Source: Balanoglossus misakiensis
Taxonomy: Eukaryota; Animalia; Hemichordata
Reading direction: 5' to 3'
Assembly: GCA_040954595.2 (NCBI GenBank)
Contig: CM082580.2
Location: forward strand, 2,718,783 to 2,782,782
Length of the DNA: 64,000 nt
The translations under genes were made by a program, and so were the position numbers. Of this stretch, positions 26,901-39,760 are shown one piece after another. The notes below the pieces were generated by a model that had not been told where the DNA came from, did no database searches, and was given only the letters and a program-made list of their open reading frames with translations. How positions within the stretch are numbered: the stretch's first letter is position 1; the number at the start of each line of letters is the position of its first letter.

Positions 26901-29900
26901 GCATCGTTATCTTAAAAAAAACTTACGCGAGTTTTTATTTTCACGCTATTTTGGGTCTCGCGTATTTCGCGAAAATTTATTGCACGCGAAAAAAAAAGTG
27001 TTTTACAGTATGACAAGAACAGTGAAGAAGTTGGTGTCCAGGCATATCTGCCAAATAACTCTAACAATGTTTCTAACAAAGCATTTACCTGGTGGTATGA
27101 CATGCACTACATTACAGTACACTGTACTTTAGTGAGTGAATGAAATCAGTTGAAATATATTTGAAAAACACCATTGAACATTAGAAATAACAACAAAATG
27201 GCTACCTGTACAAGAGGAAATGGAGATTAATAATCGTTCACCTACTTAACCTTTTCAAGAAGTTGGTTAATTATAGTAATGATTTTTCAAACACAGATGA
27301 AAATGGCATTTATGACAGTGCCATTAGGATGATGAGAACTGAAACTCAGGAGTCCCAAAGGCCACCAAATGACCAAATTCATTAACACTAACACAATGAG
27401 TGAGGAAATCCTGTGCTCTCACTCGTAATAATCGTAAATTACGAACAAAAATTTACGAAAATAAATAAATGCATGATTGGGAATTTACAAACAACTTTTT
27501 ATTTTTGAATCCCGATTTTCGGTAGTAAATCTCTCTAATGTCTACCCATGATCAAATGATTGGGAATTTACGAACAATATTGTTTGGCCTCAAAAGAAAT
27601 GCAAGGGTATCCTATTTTGGACAGCAGCAAAAGGCAAAGAGATAGAAAGACAAACGACTGATGGATTAACAGTGGGCAATCAAAACTACAGTCAAACCTG
27701 TCTATAGTGGCCAGTCAAGGGACTTTCCTAAACTGGCCTTTATAGAGAGGTGACCTTTATATAGAGGTTAATTAACACACATGTGAATTGCTCAGGGACT
27801 GTAACAAAGTGGCCACTATATAGAGGTGACCGCTATATAGGGGTGGCCACTAACAGGGGTTTGACTGTACAAAAAGCAGAGACACAACAATTCAGACCAC
27901 ATGTACACCCTATCAGCACCTTTGCCAGAGAGATGTAATGCACGCGGGCAAAAAAGCAAAGTTAACTGTGTACAGTACATTGCATAAATTGAATTGGATA
28001 CTCACATCTTTCTTAACTTTACTTTGCTCATCAATGAATGCTTTCATTGGCCTATAAAGTTCATCTTTCACTCTTTGTCCAAGAATACTGCAAAAAGAAG
28101 ATGATATAACATTATCAAATAAGCAAAGTGTAATACATTCTGTATACACTACATAGCCAGGCTTTGCCTGATTGGTTTCACTCAAGCCTTAATCACAATT
28201 GACCATTTCCAATATATAATCCCTTGAAATTTTTCTTTGTTTGATGTCATTGTGTAGGAGTTGTTTTTGAGGAGCAGTGAAACTTTCAACCAGGGGCGAG
28301 AAGTGAATAGATGGCTCTGCAAAAACTAAAAGTATTTCAATAAATTATATATTTTAATGTGGTGAAATCTTGGTACTTTGGTGTCGTTTTCAGGTGTGTC
28401 TTTCGGGGTGGTCTTCAAGTGCACCCCAAATAACCCACTTGCATAGTTTTTCAGGTGCACCTGGGGGTGTTGACAAGTTGATGGTTTGTGGTGGGTGTTT
28501 AGGGGTATCCCTAGGGCAACAGAGGTGCACACTGCATGGGTGATCCAGGTGTCTTTCGCAGAGATCACATTTACGCAAAAAGTATTCGTCTTTGGCACAA
28601 AAAATACTTACCTGACGCGAAAATCTTATTCAGTGCGTCAATATTGACGCATAGGAAACAACCTATCTACTGGTACAATGGTCAACGTAAACCGTATGCG
28701 CACCGGCTGACGATATGTCTAAAAATAGCAAAGTGGGCCTGAGCTCAAATCAACCACTAGAGAGCCCGAACTTTGTACTTTAACTGTAACAACCAATAGT
28801 GTGTGTGACCATTTGTACTTAAAATGTAGCTAATTTCGTTTGATGAATATTGAACTAGACATGTGTATGACACAGGCTGAAAGGAGTTTGACGCAATTTT
28901 TTTCAATGAATGCGTCAAAAATACGCACACACAAAAATATTACCACGACCTCTGCTTTCGAGTGCACCTGGTTGAGCAGAATTAGGATAAGGGTGTAATC
29001 AAAACTGGAATGGAGCCCATGGGGATTAACCCTAATGCTACTGGGTGTCATACCTGTTCAGAGTGTCAAGTCCCTTAAAATACGTATTTGCCATTTTTTC
29101 TTCTAAAACTTATTTTGACTGTCTTGACATGGCTCTCATACGTACTTAGACACACTTGGCAGTCTGAGCCCCCTGTAAAATGTTTGCACTGTATTGGTTT
29201 GAGGGTCTTGTATAGGCCCTACTGATTAACACACACTTGGCAGTCTAACGGGCCTGGGAGCCAGGATTCTAGGCACCCTGGAAATCAAACCAGTTTTAAC
29301 TGACTTGACAGGGGTAGGGTTAAAAAAAAATCACCTTTACCTGTGAAATTGTGCTTCATTTTCCAGGTGTGATCTTACTGCTTCCAGTGTAGTGCATAAT
29401 GATCTGCAACAAACAATGGTAGAATTAAAACAAGCAGCTTAGTGGCCGACAGAACTCTACATTGTTAAAATTATAATTCCACTACCTCTGATGCTCAGTT
29501 TGGCTACAAAGTGTATAAAGTTATACGAGTTTCATATCTGGCCCGCTTACAATACACAAGTGTGTATATTTTTGTAGCATACAGACAATGTTTTTTTCTT
29601 TGGAAAGATTTACCACATGGAGTGCATGGGATACTTAAAGCATACATTTCAACTAACTGGTAGATAAGTTACTTTTGAATGGGTAATATTTTGACATGAA
29701 CATTAATAGTTGGCAACACAGATGTTACTTACCCAACACAAAAATTTGTCTGCTTTGCTGTCCTTTGAGATAACTTTTGCAAAGTTTTACCATATGAAGC
29801 CTCCAGCTCTGCTCTAAAACAGTGAAAGAAACATTTCAAGTAAATGTCAATAACCGTAGTCCCCACTGGATCAATAGATCACAGAGGTCACTAAAGAAGT

Positions 29901-32900
29901 TACGGTGGTCCATCGCACAAAGCACATCTTCAATATGGCTGTGAATGTTTGTAACCATACCTATCCACATTCTAAAGTGCATGGGTAATATATGGTATTG
30001 TTTATAAAGCCAGTTGCAAGACAGTCACAAAACAGCTATCAACAAAACACACAGAACAAGGTGAAAGACGGATCTATGGACTTCCAGCAAAAAAAAAAAA
30101 AAGACTAGAAGTGATGTCAGGAGTTTCAAAAATAGTAAGTTCACCCTGCAATTTTACTTTCACAAGGCCCCCATCAAATTGATAGCATAGTCAGTCTAAC
30201 ATCTATTGGGTCTGATTGTTCCTTGCGCTGTTGCCTCAAATTTACGGCTGTGTGCGTACTGGGATGAAAAGGTATTGCATTGTGGAGCATTGGAAGTAAC
30301 ACCGATACGTAGTTCTAGTGCACGGACTGCTGCTTCCAGCAAAAGATGGGGAGCAACGTGAATGCCTGCATGTGTACCCAGGGAGTGTACTGTCACATTC
30401 AGATGTAGAACCAAGCAGCTCAAGCCAGTTAAAAGGTTTTCTGAAGTTTGTAAGCGTGCTGGCAAAAGTGATTCAGTAAATAGCGACGCTTCACTTGATT
30501 GGCCACATACATAAGAGAACGGAATTGTGCATTGTTTCGTGTTGGAGCAGTGGACCGAGACTGGACAGTATTTCATTTTGCAAAGCTCAAAGCGTTGGGA
30601 AAGCCGCGCTGTGATTGGGTGTGTGGGATTTATTTTGAAAAAGATCTTCTATGGCATAGGTTCAGATCTACAGTGGCGCATACACCCAAGAACAGCCAAG
30701 ACAGAGAACAGAACAGCCAAAGCCGAGAGAACAGAACAGCCAAAATGATCATAAGAGGTAAAGACAGAGCCTAACTCTACATTTGATTTTAATCAGATTG
30801 GGATAAATTCTGCTTCGTATGAGTACAGAAACAAGTCAGCAAGCAAGGGAGCACAATAATACAGTCACACCTGCGTTAGTGGCCACCTCTATACAGGTGG
30901 CCACTTTATTACAGTCCATGTGCCTTTAGGTTTTCACTTTGCGCTAGGGGGTCAAATCACATTGCATTCTGGGTAAAAAGACGACAACCCACTGTAGTAA
31001 GGATAGAAGAAATGATATGTTTACTGTATTTCATTACTTCCTTTGGTCAAACATGTCTGTCTTTGTTGTAACCATATTAAACTCATTAAACTTTTTTCAC
31101 ATTCTATTTTTTTTGTTAAAGTTTCAGAATGACCCATCATCACTTCAGCTTATGAACTCCCATTTCTTAAACATGGCAAAAATCGGCCATCTTGAAATTA
31201 TGTCGACCATACGAGATTTTCATCACTCATTTAGGTAGCTTAAAACCTATTTAAGGTAGGGAGAATTAACGTTTACATTAATTGACCTGTCTATAAAGGC
31301 CACTGTCTTTAAAAGCTAGTTTACAAAACTCCCTTGACTGGCCATTATAGACAGGTTTGACTGTATATGGTATACAAGTACATGTACTAGTAGGTCCCCA
31401 TTATGTCATGTATGCTGTATCACCTGTCATTGAAAATGCTTGCTACTTCCTTGCAGAAATCATAGCCTTGCTTCATGTGTCTTCTCAGTTCTTCAAATCC
31501 ATGAAAACCCTGCATAAAAGGATTTATACAAATTAACAATTATGGGAGACTTGACCATTTCAAAAAAATACTTACAGATCAGTCAAAATGTTGATTCTGA
31601 CAGTATTGTCATCGAATAAAAGTTAAATTTTCCATTACCCCCTGTAAAAATCACTGCTTCTTCTGCTTTATCTAAACCCAAACTAACTTTAAAGGGACAA
31701 AGTCTCTCTCTCTCGCTTCCCTTTTTCAATTACAATGTAATTATGTTTGATACAAGACACTATTTATGGAATACTACATGTGGATATATAGTGGATCAAC
31801 GGTCAATCACATACAACTTCCATCCCACTTGTAGGCACGAGAGTGAAGAAACTCGCCAAAATGAATAATTGGTCTCTACCATTTATTCATTTTGGCGAGA
31901 TTTTACTCACATATCCTACAAACGGGGTGGAAGTTGTGTGTGGTTGAACGTTGATTCACTATATATCAACATGTAAAATAACATAAACAGTGTCTTGTAT
32001 CAAACATAATTAATGGAAAAAGGGCAGCTTGGGACAGACTTTGTCCCTTTAATGAAATATTAACCCTGATGCATACATCATTATAAACCACAAAAGCTTA
32101 TATGTTATTATTAAATACATAATCTTTTCCATATTTCTTGTTCCCTGCCTAATTGTTCAAGCAATAACCCCTACTCCTAAGTGAATTGTGCGAGTGGTAT
32201 ATCCACCCTCGACAGTTTTTTTTTTTATATCAAATCGATTTTGTAACTTTTTGACAACACACAAGCCGTCTGTCCTTAGGTAAAAACTGCTATTTCCGCC
32301 TACAGTGGAATTATATCAGTCAATCTACAAGTACTTCCTCACAGGCTATGATAAATTGTATTTGCTGTTCAAGGCGTCGTGCATGGTGTACGTGTATCCT
32401 TTTTAGTTACCACACCACCACTCAGTGAACAGCTCTACCACCACAGTCGCATGAGGATTGTGTTTACACGACAATCGCCTATGACACAGCCCCTTTTCTG
32501 TACCATAGACTAGGCGATCGCCGTGTAAACACAGCCCTCATGCGACTGTGGTTACCAGCCGGCCACTAGCAGCATTACGACTGGGCCTCGGCCTGCGCGG
32601 CGCCCACCTACAACCACAGTCGCTTGCGATCGCCTATGACACAGGCGATCGCCGTGAATATACGATCGCAAGCGACTGTGCCTAGAACGGCACTGTTAGT
32701 ATTACGGCCAGCCTCTCGGTCTCACACTCGACATATATAATGTTTACGGATTTAACGTTGGTAGTGGTACAGCCTGTCACCGTACCAGTTCATGAGTGAT
32801 CGGGAGGGTGATAAGTTGTGACGGTGTTCACGTCAACTTTAAGTTGACAATATCAATAACTAACAATATTTATCGAAATTTATAAGACTATGCGCTACCA

Positions 32901-32975
32901 ATGTGGTGGTTCGAAGACAGGATATATTAATAATAAGTTGTTACTCACGAAAAATGCTTCTCGAAACTCCGTCAT
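17901..32975 (-). CDS. NOSTRIN: Nostrin (F-BAR + HR1-like + SH3 adaptor), ~503 aa, 14 coding exons
   Basis: Minus-strand exons 32975-32949, 31509-31424 (GFEELRRHMKQGYDFCKEVASIFND), 29813-29733 (RAELEASYGKTLQKLS), 29403-29341, 28087-28006, 26542-26480, 26096-25977, 24635-24411, 23747-23519 (LLYDCYEEDFNNNMKPDRRR..., matching the nostrin DYFEED..M...RRK signature), 22771-22683, 20157-20029, 19566-19452, 19011-18913 (CKVLYDFVASQKDELMISP), 18004-17901 (GDIINVHEKQGDGWWLGELNGSVGIFPESYVEEI*, SH3). All introns are GT-AG, phases are consistent, and the total is 1512 nt. Confidence 0.9.
20302..20643. mobile_element. Palindromic MITE with TTAA TSD and AGG..CCT ends (Kolobok-like)
   Basis: ttaa|AGGGACAAAGT ... 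ACTTTGTCCCT|ttaa. Almost the entire element is a fold-back. Confidence 0.85.
21211..22413. mobile_element. Non-autonomous DNA transposon with ~100-bp TIRs and 9-bp TSD (Mutator- or Academ-like)
   Basis: CAATCTGATTAAAATCAGATGTAGGGAACGGCGAC... / ...GTCGCCGTTCCCTACATCTGATTTTAATCAGATTG. Perfect TSD ccatcttct on both sides. Confidence 0.85.
21636..21880. mobile_element. TAG..CTA MITE with 9-bp TSD (AcademH-like), nested in the previous element
   Basis: TIR TAGCTCTGCGTGCAGGTCTGTGTGTTCCCGGCGTTACACGG. Perfect TSD tgacttgac. Confidence 0.85.
25333..25757. mobile_element. TAG..CTA MITE with 9-bp TSD (AcademH-like)
   Basis: TIR TAGCCCGGAGACACAGGCGTT / AACGCCTGTGTCTCCGGGCTA, second IR aacgcccggggacagt. 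Perfect TSD gtgcaacgc. Confidence 0.85.
26801..27008. mobile_element. Tc1/mariner-type MITE, TA TSD
   Basis: ta|CTGTAAAACACTTT..TTTCGCG ... CGCGAAAAAAAAGTGTTTTACAG|ta with internal tttcgcg repeats. Confidence 0.8.
27689..27867. mobile_element. pogo/Tigger-type MITE, TA TSD
   Basis: ta|CAGTCAAACCTGTCTATAGTGGCCA ... TGGCCACTAACAGGGGTTTGACTG|ta. Confidence 0.8.
30862..31363. mobile_element. pogo/Tigger-type MITE (same family as 27689) with a nested copy of the 14746 MITE
   Basis: ta|CAGTCACACC ... AGGTTTGACTG|ta. The insert at 30927-31266 matches 14762-15071. Confidence 0.75.
31693..32048. mobile_element. Second copy of the palindromic TTAA MITE at 20302
   Basis: ttaa|AGGGACAAAGTC ... GACTTTGTCCCT|ttaa, with high similarity to 20302-20643. 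Confidence 0.85.
32442..32550. mobile_element. Small CACAG..CTGTG hairpin MITE (P-element-like)
   Basis: CACAGTCGCATGAGG ... CCTCATGCGACTGTG. The flanks tctaccac / gttaccag match only partly. Confidence 0.6.
32615..32680. mobile_element. Small CACAG..CTGTG hairpin MITE (P-element-like), 8-bp TSD
   Basis: CACAGTCGCTTGCGATCG ... CGATCGCAAGCGACTGTG. Flanks cctacaac / cctagaac (1 mismatch). Confidence 0.7.
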
Positions 32976-33238
32976 GGTATATTAGTCTTTAGGAGGAACC
33001 ACAGAGTGACGTGACCTGGAGTGTGATGATGTCCCGAAACAGACATTCGATGAGCACGCCGTAGCGGGCGTCTAAGTCAAAGGTCAAATTCTGGTCAAAT
33101 CGAGGGTCAAATCCACAGTGCGACTTATTCAATGTTATTGGGTGCGTAAATACTTATTGGCGGGTCTGTACCTTTTCTCTCTATATATATACTCTAAGCG
33201 CTCTTAACTACGGCGCGACCTGTGAGATCCACCACAAC

Positions 33239-33322
33239 TAGCCTTGCGTACACGGTACAGGTCTGTGTGTTCCCGGCGTTACGCGGCCTCCACGGGAACA
33301 CGCAGACCTGTACGCAGAGCTA
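33239..33322. mobile_element. Internally deleted copy of the 21636 TAG..CTA MITE
   Basis: Same TIR sequence. Perfect 9-bp TSD caccacaac. Confidence 0.85.
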
Positions 33323-33851
33323 CACCACAACTTGCAACATTTTTTCTTCTTCAGAATTCATTTTGGCTTGAACAACATACAATGACGATGTAACACTCTT
33401 GGCAATGTGTGAGTTGTTGTCTACATCAAGATACCGGTACTTATAGGCGTACATGTATGTGTAATTGAAATAGTGAAAATATTCTTCAAAGTTACAGCTA
33501 CTTTGGCTATAAGGTAGAGTGTAATGTTAAAAACTGACAGTAGTTCTGAAAAGAATCATCGAGGCTGAGCTGACAACCAGATTACTGAGTATTTAACTAG
33601 GCCCTATAGGCCTATGCTATGCGAAGCAGGAAAAGAAACTATAGGCCTAGCTGACTCACTGAACCAGAATGATGAAAAATAGCCAAAGGTTTCATGCTAT
33701 TTAGTGGAGCGGCGTAACAAATCGATTGTGTGCGACTCATATGGGGTAAAACACATTAACATTAACATGAGCAAAGTTTGGTGCTTATCACAAAATGAAC
33801 AATCGATCTGAAAATGTGTGTTATGGGTGTCCTGAGAAGTCGGCCAGCACT

Positions 33852-33931
33852 TAGTCTGGCCCCATACCAGTGTGTTTTAGATATATAGACATTTCTATAT
33901 ATCTAAAACACACTGGTATGGGGCCAGGCTA
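33852..33931. mobile_element. 80-bp hairpin TAG..CTA MITE, 9-bp TSD
   Basis: TAGTCTGGCCCCATACCAGTGTGTTTTAGATATATAGA...TCTATATATCTAAAACACACTGGTATGGGGCCAGGCTA. TSD gccagcact / gccaacact. Confidence 0.85.
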
Positions 33932-35199
33932 GCCAACACTGAAAGTCGGGCAGTACGAGAAGTCGGCCTGTGGGAGAGAACCGTTGGTACTTTGTCTTAT
34001 ATATAACTGTTTCACTACGAAATGTTTCCTTGATGTACAGGAGCTGAGATATTGGTACAAAAAGCCGACGAATTTTAATAAAACTGTCTCTTCACTTCGC
34101 ATGTACGTCACCGGGGTACGTCAACATTAGTCAATTGCACTTACTGCGCTGCGCTAGTAGTCTGTTCCTCGTCGCGTTTCTTTGCTTGGTGTTGTCTCAG
34201 AAAGTATGAATATACACATACATCTTCTATGTATTTTAGTAGGCTTTGAAACTCCCTTTAATCAGAAATGTCGCAGGAATTTGGCGAACAACCTAAGCTC
34301 CTTACGGTTATGCCTCCCCACTATATTATCATAAGAAGCCTGCAATAAAATTTCAATGCATTTGATCAGTTATTCTGACAGGTAATTCTGATTCTCCACG
34401 GCACTGCGTCTGTTTTGACCAGTTCACTCAGGTGTACCACTGGGTTATTTGTCAAAAGATAATTTGAATGAGCGCTCATTAAGTTGTACTGTTACGATAA
34501 AGGTCAAATCTGTATAAAGGCCAAATATGATTTTTGAGGTCAATTAACCCAGAGCTCGGGAATGTCAATGTAATAGAGGCGATGTTTGGTAGTATTTATT
34601 TGGAGTAGATATAGGGAAAGCTGGTTACAATGTCAATCATCGTCGAACTGACTTTGTTATATAAATGTGTTATGTAAATTTGTACCTATATACTAGTACT
34701 TATATTGATGCCCAATGAAATTGTCATGATTGTATTTATCATATTTTACATGTTTAACCACGCCTTGAGAAAAGTAATTATAAGAACTTTGTTTCCGAAG
34801 TTGTAAGTAGAATTTAACGGGATGTGATGAGTACCCGGCAATTCCCGATTTCGCGATTTTTCACAAAAATCGTGTATTTCAGGGGAATATTATGTCAGTA
34901 GATTAATTTCGTCGTTTCGATGTATCGTCATTTCGGTGTTTTGCTGTTTCGTCGTTTCGCTGTTCCGTGCTAGTGAGCTCGTTTCCCTTCCCCGTGTACT
35001 TTACTGGACGTACTTGTTGTACTGGAGTAATTCTCGGCAATAAATGAACGTGAATCAGCCGCGTGTCTCCGTGGATCACTGTTCTCATCAGAGCCCGTTA
35101 CCTCGTCGCTACAAATTCCCCGATATATGAACAACAGTAATATTTCAGCGGTAACAGTACACATGGACAAGCAATTCGGCTTCTGATGCATTTAAAGAA

Positions 35200-35922
35200 C
35201 TAACATTGCCAATTAATAAACAAATCTTCTACGCGAAACGCTCTACTCATAATCGACTCAACAACACCAGATCTGCCTACTATCGTTCAAAGATTGAAAA
35301 CTCTGATCAACGTATAAAGTTATTCTCTGTCATCGACGATATCATTGGTGAGAAATCGTCATCAGCCGTGATTCTGCCACGTCATTGCGACCCCTAGGTT
35401 CTGGCTGAAAAGTTTTCGGACTTTTTCTTGGAGAAAGTGATGAAGTTCAGAGAGTTACTGGATTCCACAAGTGGGGTACAAGAATTTAATGACTGGGGCC
35501 CAACATTTAATAATTTCATGTGTGTTTCAGAGCAATATGTCTCTAAGTTATGCAAATCAATGAATTCCAAATCTTGTAAACTTGACCCAATCCCGACTTC
35601 TTTGCTGAAAATGTGTCTTCCATATACATCAACACGTATCACAGACATAGTAAATAAGTCATTCATATCTGGTGTTTTTCCACAGTGTCATAGTTAGAAC
35701 TTTACTGAAGAACCCTGGATTGGATCAACATACATGTAAGTTGAAAAACTATCGACCTGTATCAAATCTTTCGTTTATTTGGTAAAGTCATTGAAATGAT
35801 AGCAGTAGATCAACTAGTACATCATGATCATTTAACGAGGTCTCAGCTGTATTGCAAATTTCAATCTGCTTATCTAGAATTCCATAGCACAGAAACGGCT
35901 TTGCTAAAGGTACAAAACGACA
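35200..35922 (+). mobile_element. L2/CR1-group LINE reverse transcriptase fragment (pseudogenised)
   Basis: KSCKLDPIPTSLLK...IVNKSFISGVFP, KNYRPVSNLSF and FQSAYLEFHSTETALLKVQND motifs, with frameshifts. Confidence 0.85.
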
Positions 35923-35929
35923 AATATAT

Positions 35930-36386
35930 ATACATAAAGTTGGTTTTTTTGGGGGGGAGGGGGTCACATTTTAGAAAAGTAATTTCGAGGGGGGCGCCTT
36001 TTACATTTAGTCCGTGACTCAAATTCCAACGTCCTCTCCCCGTAAAAAAAACGAATGCCCCCTTATTTTCGTTGATTTTAGACGCAGTTGTCAGTTGGCA
36101 TTCAAATGTCCAGCTGACGGGCAACTTCGGCAACGTGGTTTCCAGGCTAACTAATAGGGTTAGTGGTTTGGTTTTTGTTGGAAATTTTTTGCCCAAATTT
36201 CGGGTGACCTCAGGTGACCTTTGACCTACTTTCTCATGCCTAACCGTGAGGGCTAAAATTCTGGTTTTTCTTGGACATGGACGAGTATTTGATGGACTTG
36301 GGGTGATCCCTAACCTATGTTCACACCCACTTGGCATTTGGTGGGGTCCGATTGGGCTCCCGCTAATGCTGCTTGCAGCTTTAATT
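35930..36386. mobile_element. Helentron/HINE-like fragment truncating the LINE
   Basis: Contains the same satellite unit as 10620-11460 and the gggctcc..aatgctgcttgcagctttaatt end. Confidence 0.55.
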
Positions 36387-38549
36387 TAATATATCCCTAC
36401 TCAAGATTGTTCAGTAAACGCATGAGTCCTGCAGTCACCTGTTTTGTTTTGAAAGGGATACTGCCTATTTTACCATTTCCACTGTCTGATTTGTGCCCAG
36501 TTACCATGCAAGTGCATCTTGGGTAAGAATTGCATTTTGCTTTAATATCAAGAGGGCTGCATGTACGTTTGCTGTCCACCACATTTCTCCACAAATTTTG
36601 TATTTTGACAAGCATTAGACTTCTGAAGACTTAGTCTGAAGACTTATATTTCTGTATGTTATTCAAGAGTCAGACCAAATTTCATGTTTTCTGTGGGAAA
36701 ATTGAATTCCATCTGGAAATCTTTACTTTCCATGTTTGATACACTGCAGCTGATATACAGGCAATTGTTGTTTAATTCATAAAGTTATATTAGCAAACTG
36801 ACCACATGGCTATTGTGTGTGATGAGAGTGCCCCATAAATGAATCTGAAAATAAATGTAACTCTAAATTTGTTGGTACGTTATTGTTTTGGAAACCTTCC
36901 TTTCGTCAGTTCAATTGCCAATTTATAATGTAGTAACCAAAATTATCAGCAATACCAATCAATGGGGCTACAAACTATTGTTATTGCTGCCTGCAAATGT
37001 CCACTCAGTCCAAGTTCACTGTACAACGTAAATTTCTGTATGTTATACAGAGTCTCTCTTTGTATACCTGATATGTCAACAAACGTGACCATATTTGTTT
37101 GTTTATTATGCCAATCAATAACAAACAAACAAACACGCACAATAAAAGCACAGAGGCTTTTACATGACCCATTTGTTCAACTTCAGTGAGGTGTTAATGA
37201 CTTTGCAACTAGGGGGTATTGTCAGAACAGCATGGCTATTCCACCACTGTTTCTCTCTCTGTCCCCCCCCAGCATTACTGACAACACATTTTACTCCCTC
37301 CCAATTCAACTTCCAAGGGGGGGGGGGGGTGTTAATTTATGTATTTTCCCATTTTTAAGTTTCCATGTTGTTTCACACTTTCATGTCAACAAGTTTTCAT
37401 CCAGCCACCACATCGCATCTACACATATCAACTATCACTATGATACATTCTAGAGTTTTCAAGTTTGACTGAGGCACAAATTCCACTAGCTCTTTACAAA
37501 ACCACTTACTATACCGGATTTTGCCGAGAGTTCGCCCACCCAAAAGGGCACCCACGGGCTGTTATATGGGGAATTACTGTTTCACTTTGGACTTGGTCTG
37601 TGGCATTTCACTTTGACCAATCCACTGAAAAACATCAAGGAAAGCTTCAAGGAGTTGCCCAAAATTGCTACATTTGTAGGTGAATCTTGACTGAACTTAT
37701 AGCCGACTCTAACACAATATAAAAATGACTTATCATCATTTCAATGATTTAAATGGGTGTCAACTAAAATATACTTCTGCATTTAGCTTGATAGTAGATA
37801 ACCTTTTCTGTCGATTAACGGCCCTGGGCGGTAAATTAGATCTACATGTACACCATACAATGTAGCCATTTTCTGTATAACGGCCCTGGGCGAACTCTTG
37901 TAAAATCCGCTAGTTTAGTCTCTATTCCCATTCAACCTTCTGCATTCCTACAACCATATCCAAAAGCATACACACACACAATACAGGTCAATTTTACGTG
38001 AGTAGTGGATCACGTACTTTATTGGATGAACTGAACATTTACCCCGCACCAAAACCCAGAGATAAAACCCTTTTTTATGATAAGGGAAAAAATCCTCTGG
38101 GAAAGCGTAGGTAACTATACAGATTCACCAAATATTGAATTTTAAATTAATGCCTTCTGAAAAAGTTTCTGGTAAAACTGAAAAATATTACTAGTTCTCA
38201 GTAAATCATAACTGTTTTTGTGTTATACTGTTCTGTATATAATGTTTACAATTTAAGGGCCACTACCTATAAAATTTTGGCACAGTTCATTGTTATTGTT
38301 GACAATTCTGGAATTGAATAAAAATTGTAACAATAACAATGCTGATTATGCACACAAGGAATCATGGTTAATACTCGGAGCAAAATTATTGAAAGAGACG
38401 CCAAATGCTATAATAAGAATGTCTCATCTAAACTATGTTCAATAAAAATTAGCACTTGACAATGTCAAGCAAATGCAAAATCATCATTTATCAAAAAAGA
38501 AAGAATATCAACTTTGAATACTGCACGCACAAGTAAATTGTGTCCAAAG

Positions 38550-38641
38550 AAATCTGATTAAAATCAGATGTAGGGAACGGCCAGGCGACAGCATAAAAAA
38601 CCCCACGTCGCCGTTCCCTACATCTGATTTCAATCAGATTG
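38550..38641. mobile_element. Ends-only deletion derivative of the 21211 element
   Basis: AATCTGATTAAAATCAGATGTAGGGAACGGC ... GCCGTTCCCTACATCTGATTTCAATCAGATTG. Confidence 0.75.
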
Positions 38642-38829
38642 TGTCAAAAATGACTAATGTAGTGATCACAGGAAACTACGCTGGACTTGAAGAGATATAT
38701 ACTAGAAGGAAACCTCATCAGCTACAGCCAATGGGAAAACTGTTTGATAAAATCAATAAATAGAGAATTCAGGAAAAAAAAGACTCCTCAAAGATGAGGA
38801 TTCAAATGTAAAATAACTGAAAACTGAAA

Positions 38830-39760
38830 GTGTATAAAATATATCAAATAAAATTATTTTAAAAAGTGAAATCAATGTCAATTGTTGTTTGTTCAAAATG
38901 CGTAAATAATGTGTTCCCTGTAAGCCATGTTATTTCATAAAGGAATTTACTGCCCCTGTCCCCCCACCAAATATACAATCAGTTAGGCCTATATGCAAAC
39001 ACATTATTTATGCATTTATCAAGAAAATTTTCATCAAAAAATCAAAGTGCTGTAAACTCTCACACACAGCACACCGTAAGGTCAAAAGAAAATTGAAACC
39101 TTCTCATCTGATATAGGATTTGAAGGACTTCATTGAAGACCCCCAAGCATTGAGTAAAAAGGAAAGTGTATAAAAAATAGAAAAAAAGATAATTTTAAAA
39201 AGTGGAATAAATCTCAAATTCCAAAAGTGTAAATAATGTGTTGCCTGTAAGCCATGTTATTTCATGAGTGAATTTACTGCCCCACCCCCACCAAAATAAA
39301 AGACAAAAAACAATTAAATCTATATGGCTTCTGCAAGCACATTAATTACATATTTATCAAGAAAATTTTCATCAAAAAATCAAAGTGCTGTAAACACTCA
39401 CACACAGAATTTTGTAAAAAGAATCTCTACGAAACACAGACACACACACACACAGATATCAAAACTGTTCCATAAATAATAAAAACTTCAATTGTTTTTG
39501 TTCAAAAAGTGTAAATAATGTGTTTCCTATAAGCCATGTTATTTCATGAGCGAATTTACTACCCCACCCCACCCAAATAAAAAACATTAAATCTCTCTAT
39601 GGCTTCTGCAAACACATTATTTATGCATTTCTCAAGAAAATCTTCATCAAAAAATCAAAGTACTGTAAACACTCACACAGAATTTTGTAAACAAAATTAC
39701 TATTTTGTAAACAAAATTACTACAAAACACGCACACACACACATCAAAACTGTTTCAAAA
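38830..39760. repeat. Diverged ~280-330 bp tandem repeat, 3 copies
   Basis: gtaaataatgtgtt.cctgtaagccatgttatttcat recurs at ~38902, 39229 and 39512. Confidence 0.75.

Noticed and set aside
30196-30774. Overlapping 73-126 aa ORFs in a nostrin intron
   Set aside because: No recognisable domain. They sit next to a transposon end (30778-30801) and are probably element interior.
32442-32680. CACAGT-starting inverted repeats resembling RAG/Transib RSS heptamers
   Set aside because: No nonamer or 5-bp TSD. The 8-bp TSD (7 bp at 57547) and CANRG ends fit P-element-like MITEs better.
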